Shown here: positions 56,681 to 64,000 of the stretch, one piece after another
Numbering within the stretch: position 1 is the stretch's first letter
Layout of the letters: each line of letters opens with the position of its first letter
Origin: a virus
Strand: one strand, 5' to 3'
Virus record (IMG/VR): IMGVR_UViG_3300009124_000007
Span: 1-64,000 of that record
DNA length: 64,000 nucleotides
Position numbers and translations under genes: made by a program
Notes under the pieces: model-generated
The model's input: the letters and a program-made list of their open reading frames with translations, nothing else
The model's database searches: none
Told to the model about the DNA's origin: nothing

Positions 56681-56763
56681 TGGCACTAGCAGTACTGGCA
56701 GTCATTCTTTTTGGCACTTTTGTTGGTGCTGCCGTCATGACACAATCGGGCGAAGAAAACTGA
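56680..56763 (+). CDS. 27-aa single-transmembrane peptide
   Basis: TGATG coupling to hli; MALAVLAVILFGTFVGAAVMTQSGEEN. Confidence 0.45.
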   Translation: MALAVLAVILFGTFVGAAVMTQSGEEN

Positions 56764-56771
56764 ATAGAAAG

Positions 56772-56810
56772 AAGGGGGGTCTTGACACCCCTCTTTTTTT
56801 ATTCTAATAT
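56772..56810 (+). terminator. terminator with TTGACA in its loop (overlapping promoter)
   Basis: GGGGGGT-CTTGAC-ACCCCTC plus T-run; TTGACA-17-TAATAT. Confidence 0.75.
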
Positions 56811-56851
56811 ATACTCTGAGTCGTCACTCGAATCATTTCTCTTGGAGACGA

Positions 56852-57460
56852 ATGCTGAGTTCAATTATTTCGATGCGCTTCAAAAACTTTATACCTGCTG
56901 CTGTAGTGGCAACTGCTCTTATTTCTCCTGCATGTGCAAAATCTAGCGTTGACGTTACTGTCAATGAGGAGAAGGCAGTACCCATCGAAGTGGTAGCAAA
57001 AGAGTGGAAGTGTCCTACCTGCAATAATAACGAGCAGTATGTTCTCGACCAACTCCAAGAAAAAACCAAGATCTCAGATCGTAATGCACTTGCAACGATT
57101 ATGGGAAATATCAAATCTGAAAGCAACTTCATTCCCAACATTTGCGAGGGAGGGGCTAGAGTTCCTTACAACGCTTGCCGTAGCGGGGGTTATGGTCTTA
57201 TTCAGTGGACCAGTCTAGGACGCTACAATAACCTCGGTAAGTTTGCTATACGCTACGGTTACGACCCTTCCACTCTTGAAGGTCAGACGGCATATATGAT
57301 CAACGAAAGCGTCTTCCAACGCTACCTTCCTGAGTTTGAAGGTACTGGTAAGACCATTGATCAGTATATGGTTGCTGCATACTACTGGTTGGGTTGGGGC
57401 ATCAAAGGTCACCGCCAACTCTATGCTTATGACTACCACAAGAAACTGGTATTTGCCTAA
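56852..57460 (+). CDS. lysozyme-fold cell wall hydrolase (phage tail lysozyme-like) with signal peptide
   Basis: IMGNIKSES and GYGLIQWT motifs; hydrophobic N-terminus. Confidence 0.72.
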   Translation: MLSSIISMRFKNFIPAAVVATALISPACAKSSVDVTVNEEKAVPIEVVAKEWKCPTCNNNEQYVLDQLQEKTKISDRNALATIMGNIKSESNFIPNICEGGARVPYNACRSGGYGLIQWTSLGRYNNLGKFAIRYGYDPSTLEGQTAYMINESVFQRYLPEFEGTGKTIDQYMVAAYYWLGWGIKGHRQLYAYDYHKKLVFA

Positions 57461-57484
57461 GTAAAAATACTCTAATTCAGGGGC

Positions 57485-57518
57485 TTGACGGATTCCCGAA
57501 CCCCTGCTATACTAAATA
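57485..57518 (+). promoter_or_regulatory. psbA promoter: sigma70 plus overlapping late-like element
   Basis: TTGACG-17-TATACT overlapping ACTAAATA. Confidence 0.75.
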
Positions 57519-57557
57519 GGTAAACAAATGTAACGGACCTTTACGGAGTCGTTACAA

Positions 57558-57670
57558 ACCCCTGCCGCTTGACCGAGACTAGGCAGGGTTACCAATCCGT
57601 CTCTCATATCCTTACCTGAGGGTGGTAAGGAAATAAGTATCTCCACCATTTCCCTGATGGACCTACTTCT
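57558..57670 (+). ncRNA. PhotoRC-II-like structured psbA leader
   Basis: CCCTGCC/GGCAGGG stem; GAGAC/GTCTC pseudoknot; CCTTACC/GGTAAGG hairpin; 5' of psbA. Confidence 0.75.
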
Positions 57671-57682
57671 TTGTACAATTTC

Positions 57683-58765
57683 ATGGCTAACTCTACTCTC
57701 GTTCAACAACGACAACAATCTACCTGGGACAACTTCTGTGACTGGGTAACTAGCACTGACAACCGTCTTTATGTTGGTTGGTTCGGTGTCCTGATGATTC
57801 CCTGCCTCTTGGCAGCGACCATCTGCTTCATCGTTGCCTTCGTGGCAGCACCTCCCGTCGATATTGACGGTATCCGTGAACCCGTCGCTGGTTCGCTTCT
57901 CTACGGTAACAACATCATCTCTGGTGCAGTTGTTCCTTCTTCTAACGCTATCGGTCTTCACTTCTATCCCATCTGGGAAGCAGCAAGTCTGGATGAATGG
58001 CTCTATAACGGTGGTCCTTTCCAACTCGTTATCTTCCACTTCCTGATCGGCATCTATGCTTACATGGGTCGTGAGTGGGAACTTTCTTACCGTCTGGGTA
58101 TGCGTCCCTGGATCTGCGTTGCATACTCTGCTCCAGTCGCTGCTGCGAGTGCAGTGTTCCTCGTCTATCCTTTCGGTCAGGGTTCTTTCTCCGATGCTAT
58201 GCCTCTGGGTATCAGTGGCACCTTCAACTACATGCTTGTCTTCCAAGCAGAGCACAACATCCTGATGCACCCCTTCCACATGCTCGGCGTAGCAGGTGTG
58301 TTTGGCGGTTCTCTGTTCAGTGCAATGCACGGTTCGCTGGTTACTTCTTCGCTGGTTCGTGAGACCACCGAAAATGAGTCACAGAACTATGGTTATAAGT
58401 TTGGTCAAGAAGAAGAGACCTACAACATTGTCGCTGCTCACGGTTACTTTGGTCGTCTGATTTTCCAGTACGCATCGTTCAACAACTCCCGTTCGCTGCA
58501 CTTCTTCCTCGCAGCATGGCCTGTTGTCGGCATCTGGTTCACTGCTCTTGGTGTTAGCACCATGGCATTCAACCTGAACGGTTTCAACTTCAACCAGTCC
58601 ATCATTGATGGTCAGGGTCGCGTTCTGAACACCTGGGCAGACGTTCTCAACCGTGCTGGTCTTGGTATGGAAGTCATGCACGAGCGTAATGCTCACAACT
58701 TCCCTCTTGACCTCGCTGCTGCTGAAAGCACCCCTGTTGCTCTCACTGCTCCTTCTATCGGTTGA
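57683..58765 (+). CDS. psbA: photosystem II D1 protein
   Basis: [26 protein letters not shown]; no intron seen. Confidence 0.99.
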   Translation: MANSTLVQQRQQSTWDNFCDWVTSTDNRLYVGWFGVLMIPCLLAATICFIVAFVAAPPVDIDGIREPVAGSLLYGNNIISGAVVPSSNAIGLHFYPIWEAASLDEWLYNGGPFQLVIFHFLIGIYAYMGREWELSYRLGMRPWICVAYSAPVAAASAVFLVYPFGQGSFSDAMPLGISGTFNYMLVFQAEHNILMHPFHMLGVAGVFGGSLFSAMHGSLVTSSLVRETTENESQNYGYKFGQEEETYNIVAAHGYFGRLIFQYASFNNSRSLHFFLAAWPVVGIWFTALGVSTMAFNLNGFNFNQSIIDGQGRVLNTWADVLNRAGLGMEVMHERNAHNFPLDLAAAESTPVALTAPSIG

Positions 58766-58784
58766 TATGGAACCTGGTAGTTTC

Positions 58785-58814
58785 AACCCCGCTGCTCAGG
58801 TGGCGGGGTTTTTT
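58785..58814 (+). terminator. intrinsic terminator after psbA
   Basis: AACCCCGCTGC-TCAG-GTGGCGGGGTT followed by a T-run. Confidence 0.8.
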
Positions 58815-58861
58815 ATAGGCATTCTTACTATTGCACTTCCGTTACTTTGTGTGGTATTATT

Positions 58862-59131
58862 ATGATTGGTAATTTGGAACCAGAGGAAAATGTTATGAGC
58901 GACAATCGTTTCACCCAAGATGATCTATGGCACATGATGCATGATCTAGGGTGGGATGTTAGTACAGATGACATCTCACTAGAAATTGGGGGAACATCTG
59001 TTTATGGTATTGATGGTGCTGGTACTAAGTGGGCACCAAAATTAGGTACTCGAAAGTACAACCAGGATGCCTTTATCGTGATCAAAAATCGTTCACGCAA
59101 TCCTGTAATCCCTTCTAAACCTATGGAGTAA
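58862..59131 (+). CDS. hypothetical protein between psbA and psbD
   Basis: EIGGTSVYGIDGAGTKWAP...FIVIKNRSR. Confidence 0.72.
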   Translation: MIGNLEPEENVMSDNRFTQDDLWHMMHDLGWDVSTDDISLEIGGTSVYGIDGAGTKWAPKLGTRKYNQDAFIVIKNRSRNPVIPSKPME

Positions 59132-59134
59132 TAA

Positions 59135-60193
59135 ATGACTACAAGTACACTTTCACAAAAATATCAAAGGGGGTGGTTCGATGTACTCGACGACTGGCTC
59201 AAGAGAGATCGTTTCGTTTTTGTTGGCTGGTCTGGACTTCTTCTTTTTCCCACTGCTTATCTTGCTCTTGGGGGTTGGCTCACTGGAACTACTTTCGCGA
59301 CGAGCTGGTATACCCACGGACTCGCTTCTTCCTATCTTGAGGGTGCGAACTTTCTTACTGCAGCAGTTAGTTCTCCAGCAGATGTTATGGGTCATTCTCT
59401 TCTGCTTCTCTGGGGTCCTGAAGCTCAGGGAGATTTCGTCCGCTGGATCCAACTTGGGGGACTCTGGACTTTTGTGGCGCTCCACGGAGCCTTTGCTCTC
59501 ATTGGTTTCATGCTTCGACAGTTTGAACTTGCACGTCTGATTGGTATTCGTCCTTACAATGCAATTGCTTTTTCAGGTCCTATTGCTGTATTCGTTAGTG
59601 TTTTTCTTATCTATCCTCTGGGACAGTCGTCGTGGTTCTTCGCGCCGTCGTTCGGGGTCGCAGCAATCTTCAGGTTCCTCCTCTTCCTTCAGGGGTTCCA
59701 CAACTGGACACTGAATCCATTTCACATGATGGGTGTAGCAGGTATCCTGGGTGGTGCATTGCTCTCAGCAATCCACGGTGTTACCGTAGAAAATACTCTT
59801 TATGAAGATGGTGAACAAGCAAATACTTTCAAAGCATTTGATTCGACTCAGGAAGAGGAAACTTATTCCATGGTCACTGCTAACCGATTCTGGTCTCAGA
59901 TTTTTGGTATTGCTTTCAGCAATAAGCGTTGGTTGCACTTCTTTATGCTTTTCGTTCCTGTCATGGGACTTTGGACAAGTTCTATTGGTATCATCGGTCT
60001 CGCACTCAATCTTCGTGCTTATGACTTTGTGTCTCAGGAAGTTAGAGCAGCAGAGGATCCAGAGTTTGAAACTTTCTATACGAAAAACATCCTCCTCAAT
60101 GAAGGACTCCGTGCCTGGATGGCTCCAGTAGACCAACCTCATGAGAACTTCGTGTTCCCTGAAGAGGTCTTGCCAAGAGGCAACGCTCTGTGA
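59135..60193 (+). CDS. psbD: photosystem II D2 protein
   Basis: [26 protein letters not shown]. Confidence 0.99.
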   Translation: MTTSTLSQKYQRGWFDVLDDWLKRDRFVFVGWSGLLLFPTAYLALGGWLTGTTFATSWYTHGLASSYLEGANFLTAAVSSPADVMGHSLLLLWGPEAQGDFVRWIQLGGLWTFVALHGAFALIGFMLRQFELARLIGIRPYNAIAFSGPIAVFVSVFLIYPLGQSSWFFAPSFGVAAIFRFLLFLQGFHNWTLNPFHMMGVAGILGGALLSAIHGVTVENTLYEDGEQANTFKAFDSTQEEETYSMVTANRFWSQIFGIAFSNKRWLHFFMLFVPVMGLWTSSIGIIGLALNLRAYDFVSQEVRAAEDPEFETFYTKNILLNEGLRAWMAPVDQPHENFVFPEEVLPRGNAL

Positions 60194-60200
60194 TATAATA

Positions 60201-60225
60201 AGGGGGTCTTCGGATCCCTTTTTTT
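60201..60225 (+). terminator. intrinsic terminator after psbD
   Basis: GGGGTC-TTCG-GATCCC followed by a T-run. Confidence 0.8.
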
Positions 60226-60633
60226 ATGACCTACGAAGCAACGGTCGAATTCAAGTTTGATGCTACCTACACTCACTCCTATGGTGGATTTGGTTCTACT
60301 ATTGGTGATGATGACTTCCTACCTGAAGAGCATTATGTGATCACTGCACCTGCTGCTGATCTCAATGCCAAACAGTATTTCAAACTGTTTGAGAAGTTCA
60401 TGCTATGTGTAGGCATGTGCCCCTCATCTATCAGATCAGGTGCTATGTCGTTGGTCTTCAACGATTATGTTACTGAGGAAGAGCAGCGTAAGGTCTGTAA
60501 AGAGTATGAACTGACCATGGATGAGGACCTGGAGAAGAAATACCAGGACTTCAAAGAGCGTGATGCTCAGTGGGCAAAGATGAATGCTCATTATAAAAAT
60601 AACTTTGAAGATAGTGCTAATGGAGTAGCATGA
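60226..60633 (+). CDS. hypothetical protein
   Basis: PEEHYVITAPAADLN, typical of cyanophage ORFs (recalled). Confidence 0.75.
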   Translation: MTYEATVEFKFDATYTHSYGGFGSTIGDDDFLPEEHYVITAPAADLNAKQYFKLFEKFMLCVGMCPSSIRSGAMSLVFNDYVTEEEQRKVCKEYELTMDEDLEKKYQDFKERDAQWAKMNAHYKNNFEDSANGVA

Positions 60634-61028
60634 CTGAAAGGGATCGTAAAGCAGAGTATCAACGTTTATCACCAGAAGCAAAGGCAAGAAAGAGTGCTCG
60701 CAATCAACTACCAGAAGTAAAACAAAAGAAAAAAGAATACTATCAAAGAGACAAACATTTGATAAAGGAAAGATACCATCAGAATTTTGCTATTGTGGTC
60801 AAGTTCTTGGAAGAAAGAGATAACCATGAGGGATGTATCAAATGTGGTAGCAAAGAACGACTAGAACTTGATCATATCAATCAACAAGACAAAAGTTGGA
60901 ATCCAAAGCGTAGTATGGCTTCCAAAGTTTTATCAGAAAACTTTTGGGAAGAAATCAACAAGTGCCAACTCTTATGTTTTGATTGTCACAAACAAAAAAC
61001 CATTCAACAACTTAGGAAAACCCCATGA
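60630..61028 (+). CDS. HNH endonuclease
   Basis: CIKCG, LELDHIN, KCQLLCFDCHKQKT; basic N-terminus; A-rich composition. Confidence 0.85.
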   Translation: MTERDRKAEYQRLSPEAKARKSARNQLPEVKQKKKEYYQRDKHLIKERYHQNFAIVVKFLEERDNHEGCIKCGSKERLELDHINQQDKSWNPKRSMASKVLSENFWEEINKCQLLCFDCHKQKTIQQLRKTP

Positions 61029-61366
61029 CTATCCCACATTTCAAATCCCAACATGATTGGGAAGCATTTACCCAAATCTTTGATAGTCAGTGGCATTGTA
61101 AGAAAGCACTGCTAGATCGTGTCAAAGATGATATGTTCCCCAATACATCCTGGAACGGACTTACCGCAAAGTCTATTGAAGTTATCAATGACATCGTAAC
61201 AAATCTCCTGTACGATGTAGATCGTAAGTTCAAAGAGACCCACCAGGACTACAAGACTGAGGATGATGAAATGTTCATTCCTTATCGCTCATTCAAAGAG
61301 AATGTGCTTGAAGCATTGAATGAAGCACTCACACCCTATGAGTTGCAATATAAGGAACCGCAGTGA
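61025..61366 (+). CDS. hypothetical protein
   Basis: ATGA-coupled ORF. Confidence 0.7.
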   Translation: MTIPHFKSQHDWEAFTQIFDSQWHCKKALLDRVKDDMFPNTSWNGLTAKSIEVINDIVTNLLYDVDRKFKETHQDYKTEDDEMFIPYRSFKENVLEALNEALTPYELQYKEPQ

Positions 61367-61371
61367 TCTAA

Positions 61372-61557
61372 ATGTGGAGAATTTGGGCAAAAGCATTAGG
61401 GGAGAAGCATGGACGAAACGACAAAGAAGCAGATCTTATTGCTTGCATACGCACCATTATTTTTATTTCTTACTTGGTCACTAACTGTTTTATTATATCT
61501 GGAGTAATTCGACACTGGAATGACGTACCACAATCCCAAATCGAAACCACCAAATGA
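61372..61557 (+). CDS. hypothetical membrane protein
   Basis: MWRIWAKALGEK...GVIRHW. Confidence 0.72.
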   Translation: MWRIWAKALGEKHGRNDKEADLIACIRTIIFISYLVTNCFIISGVIRHWNDVPQSQIETTK

Positions 61558-61666
61558 TGATGAACTTATGGGAGAAATCGATGTCGATCGTGACATGCTT
61601 GAATGGTTGTATGGATTTGATGAAGACGAAGACACCTATGATGATCTCAGTGGTACAGAACTATGA
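61520..61666 (+). CDS. small acidic hypothetical protein (not in the ORF track)
   Basis: 48-aa ORF filling the gap. Confidence 0.4.
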   Translation: MTYHNPKSKPPNDDELMGEIDVDRDMLEWLYGFDEDEDTYDDLSGTEL

Positions 61667-61705
61667 CATATAGATATAGAGTGAGTGTTTGAACCAGATA
61701 CATAG

Positions 61706-63043
61706 ATGGCATTTTACCGTCCTGAAGGAAACTTTGGACCTGTATGTGATCCTATTGGAGTTATCACAGCAGGGTCGGATCCTGTTGTCATTGATGAACA
61801 AATTTCTGATAATGATTTCAAACCCTGCAAAGGGTTTGCTGAGTATCCACCCAATCCATCTTGGGTAACAATGCCAACTCAAACTAGAGTTCTTTGTAGG
61901 GAGATTGAAGGTGGTGCTGTCGAATATAAGTTTGAAACTGACATTGAATCGGATGCCCTTTATGTGGCAGAAGAGATCAATAGACGTATTGCCGAACTAA
62001 CACTAGCAGCAGTACCACCTGCCGTTCCATTTGAACCATATGATCCCAATAGATATTGCCAAGAATTTTTTGGTGATACAAAATTGTATCCTGAAACACT
62101 AAACGGGGTAACAACTTACTATAAACTAAAGTCAGTACCGAGATCTTATAGTGTCACCCACACTACCTGGGATGATGAGATGAATGTAGAAGCAGCATGG
62201 ATCTCACAGGGTGTCTGTAGTTTTGAAGATAAAACAATTGCTGGTGGTACTGCTGCATATGTTGTTACTGACTTCACTGTAGACACTACAGGAACACACA
62301 CTCTAAGATATAGATTTTCTAAACAGGGTGAGGTGTGGTTGAATTACTTTGATGAGAATCCAAACAATAGAATACAGTTGTTGAATGTAACTGAGACCAG
62401 ATCTTCTTATGACAACTCACAGTTTGAAACCAAACAAGTAACCCTTACTGAGGGAGATTATAAACTTTATATTGTAATTGAAAATCCAACAGTAGGAACT
62501 TTCAAGAAACTATGGGATGATTCTCCTGCTGCTGTAGGTATGCAAATCTATGAGGGTTCTTACAGCAGCAGTACGGTGAATGGTATACCTACCTCTGTGG
62601 GTATCGTAACATCAAGCAGTCAGGGTTCTACATACACAAGTTCCTGGGGTCAGAATTGGATCCGAGATGATGATGATCAGTCTGGAGTGTTTGCACTTTC
62701 TGAAGGTGGACAAGAGTACAATGTTAGTTTCTCTAACTCTGGTCTCACAGGAACAGCAAAGGTAAAACCAATTGTGACTCATACATATAACGCAACCACC
62801 CAACAAAATGAGTACATCACTACTGCAGAATGGACAGTCCATGATGTAACTGCATTTGGTAGTGGCAAATCAGTTGACGATAGGATCACTATCAGTTATA
62901 CTGGATCTGTTGGTGGAACAATTACTGCAGACGTAAAAGTCTTTGCAGTTACAAATCAAACTACCACTACAGGTACAAAGATTTGGTCCACAAGTGAAAA
63001 CCTTACAGGTTATTTTAGGTCTACAACTCCCTTTGATGATTGA
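61706..63043 (+). CDS. probable virion structural protein (Thr/Ser-rich, beta-rich)
   Basis: FGPVCD N-terminus; VTLTEGDYKL and IWSTS patterns. Confidence 0.65.
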   Translation: MAFYRPEGNFGPVCDPIGVITAGSDPVVIDEQISDNDFKPCKGFAEYPPNPSWVTMPTQTRVLCREIEGGAVEYKFETDIESDALYVAEEINRRIAELTLAAVPPAVPFEPYDPNRYCQEFFGDTKLYPETLNGVTTYYKLKSVPRSYSVTHTTWDDEMNVEAAWISQGVCSFEDKTIAGGTAAYVVTDFTVDTTGTHTLRYRFSKQGEVWLNYFDENPNNRIQLLNVTETRSSYDNSQFETKQVTLTEGDYKLYIVIENPTVGTFKKLWDDSPAAVGMQIYEGSYSSSTVNGIPTSVGIVTSSSQGSTYTSSWGQNWIRDDDDQSGVFALSEGGQEYNVSFSNSGLTGTAKVKPIVTHTYNATTQQNEYITTAEWTVHDVTAFGSGKSVDDRITISYTGSVGGTITADVKVFAVTNQTTTTGTKIWSTSENLTGYFRSTTPFDD

Positions 63044-63315
63044 TGGAAATTAGTAAAGACAATCTACCAGATTCTGTAAAGAAACTAATCGGTGACGATG
63101 AGTTTGTCATTGAAACTTTTTGTCCAGATCAAGACCCTGCTCTTACCGAAGCATTCGGTATGGATCCTGTCGAACGTGAGATTATGAAACTGCAATCTCA
63201 ATATCAAATGAGAAAAGCAGTAGATGAACTGAACAAAGTTCGCTTCCCAAAGAAATATAAGAAGCGTAAAACTTCTAAAAAACATTCAGTTTTGGACGAG
63301 TTGAAAAACTTATAA
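63043..63315 (+). CDS. hypothetical protein
   Basis: Coupled ORF with a basic C-terminus. Confidence 0.6.
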   Translation: MEISKDNLPDSVKKLIGDDEFVIETFCPDQDPALTEAFGMDPVEREIMKLQSQYQMRKAVDELNKVRFPKKYKKRKTSKKHSVLDELKNL

Positions 63316-63413
63316 ATAAATTCACGCAACCAATTGTTACGTTTTACAACAGAGGATGGTGCCTCAACTACTCGCGCCAATCTGTTGACCTGACCACGGT
63401 TATGTGGTATAAT
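63311..63413 (+). promoter_or_regulatory. late promoter (63311-63318) plus sigma70 promoter (63385-63413)
   Basis: TATAAATA; TTGACC-17-TATAAT. Confidence 0.7.
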
Positions 63414-63493
63414 AAACAAAGCGAAGGGTAGTCGAACCCTTCCGACATCTGTGGGTAACCATTCCACAAGCAAAAATTACGAGGTAAACTACT

Positions 63494-63865
63494 ATGATCA
63501 AATCCGCATTCGCAGCTCTGGCTGCTGCTCCCCTTTTCGCTGGCGCTGCTTTTGCAGGTCCTTACGTGAACGTCGAAGCTAACTCTGGTTGGACTGGTTC
63601 TAACTATGGTGGCACCGCTATCGATAACCATATTGGTTACGAAGGTGCTCTGGGTGAGTCTGCTTCTTACTACGTTCAGGGTGGCGCTACCGTCAAACTT
63701 CCTGATGGTGGTGACGCTAAGTGGGTTCCTTCTGGTAAGGCAGGCGTTGGCGTCGGTCTGACCGATTCTCTCGGTGCTTACGGCGAAGTCTCCTTCGTTG
63801 GCAGCGGCGAGTCTGGTGTTGACCGTGGTTACGGCACCAAAGCTGGTCTCAAGTGGACCTTCTGA
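63494..63865 (+). CDS. host-like small outer-membrane beta-barrel protein
   Basis: Signal peptide ending AFA; amphipathic strands; C-terminal LKWTF. Confidence 0.75.
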   Translation: MIKSAFAALAAAPLFAGAAFAGPYVNVEANSGWTGSNYGGTAIDNHIGYEGALGESASYYVQGGATVKLPDGGDAKWVPSGKAGVGVGLTDSLGAYGEVSFVGSGESGVDRGYGTKAGLKWTF

Positions 63866-63888
63866 TCCTTCCTACATAGCGTAGAAGT

Positions 63889-63912
63889 GGGGGACCTTCG
63901 GGTCCCCTTTTT
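63889..63912 (+). terminator. intrinsic terminator
   Basis: GGGGACC-TTCG-GGTCCCC followed by a T-run. Confidence 0.9.
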
Positions 63913-63926
63913 ATTCGGAGATAATT

Positions 63927-64000
63927 ATGAACTTCAAAGTATATACACGTACAGGTTGCCCTTATTGTGATAAAGTAAAGGCAGTTCTTAGTGGCAAAGG
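63927..64000 (+). CDS. nrdC: glutaredoxin (3' truncated by window edge)
   Basis: MNFKVYTRTGCPYCDKVK; GGAG RBS. Confidence 0.85.
   Translation, partial: MNFKVYTRTGCPYCDKVKAVLSGK

Noticed and set aside
56182-57558. HLR1/RpaB or NtcA boxes at the hli and psbA promoters
   Set aside because: Only single good half-sites (TTTACAAA at 56192, GTTACAAA at 57551); the GTA-N8-TAC spacing is not met.
57512-58786. Antisense ORFs opposite psbA
   Set aside because: Codon-bias shadows; protein-coding function is unsupported, though an antisense RNA cannot be excluded.
58767-58865. 32-aa hydrophobic ORF spanning the psbA terminator
   Set aside because: Plausible but has no RBS and overlaps the terminator; insufficient support.

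Overview
This is a 64 kb segment of a T4-like cyanomyovirus genome (Synechococcus/Prochlorococcus-type host, inferred from psbA, psbD and hli). Nearly all genes are on the + strand. In order: head and tail core (gp17 partial, gp18-gp23, gp3); recombination and late transcription (uvsY, uvsW, gp55, gp47, gp46); a cobT-like/speD/cobS block; replisome genes (gp45, gp44, dam, gp62, regA, hsp20, gp43, uvsX, gp41, mazG); a probable head-cargo island (about 37.8-46.8 kb); primase and nrdAB; an RNA-rich region (tandem glutamine-riboswitch-like elements, a pseudoknot array, tRNAs); and photosynthesis/redox auxiliary genes (peroxiredoxin, 2 hli, psbA, psbD). Three tRNAs are present: Pro-TGG, Arg-TCT, Leu-TAG. 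The most notable observations are: (1) a 64-codon ORF lying inside the P2 loop of a glutamine-II-type riboswitch; (2) near-total absence of TTAA, and apparently CCGG, by eye, alongside candidate phage nucleases; (3) an orphan protein that starts with a 21/24 copy of the N-terminal arm of the major capsid protein; (4) three covarying pseudoknot-TGGYG units of identical geometry. All calls come from reading the sequence and recalling protein or RNA families; no database searches were run.
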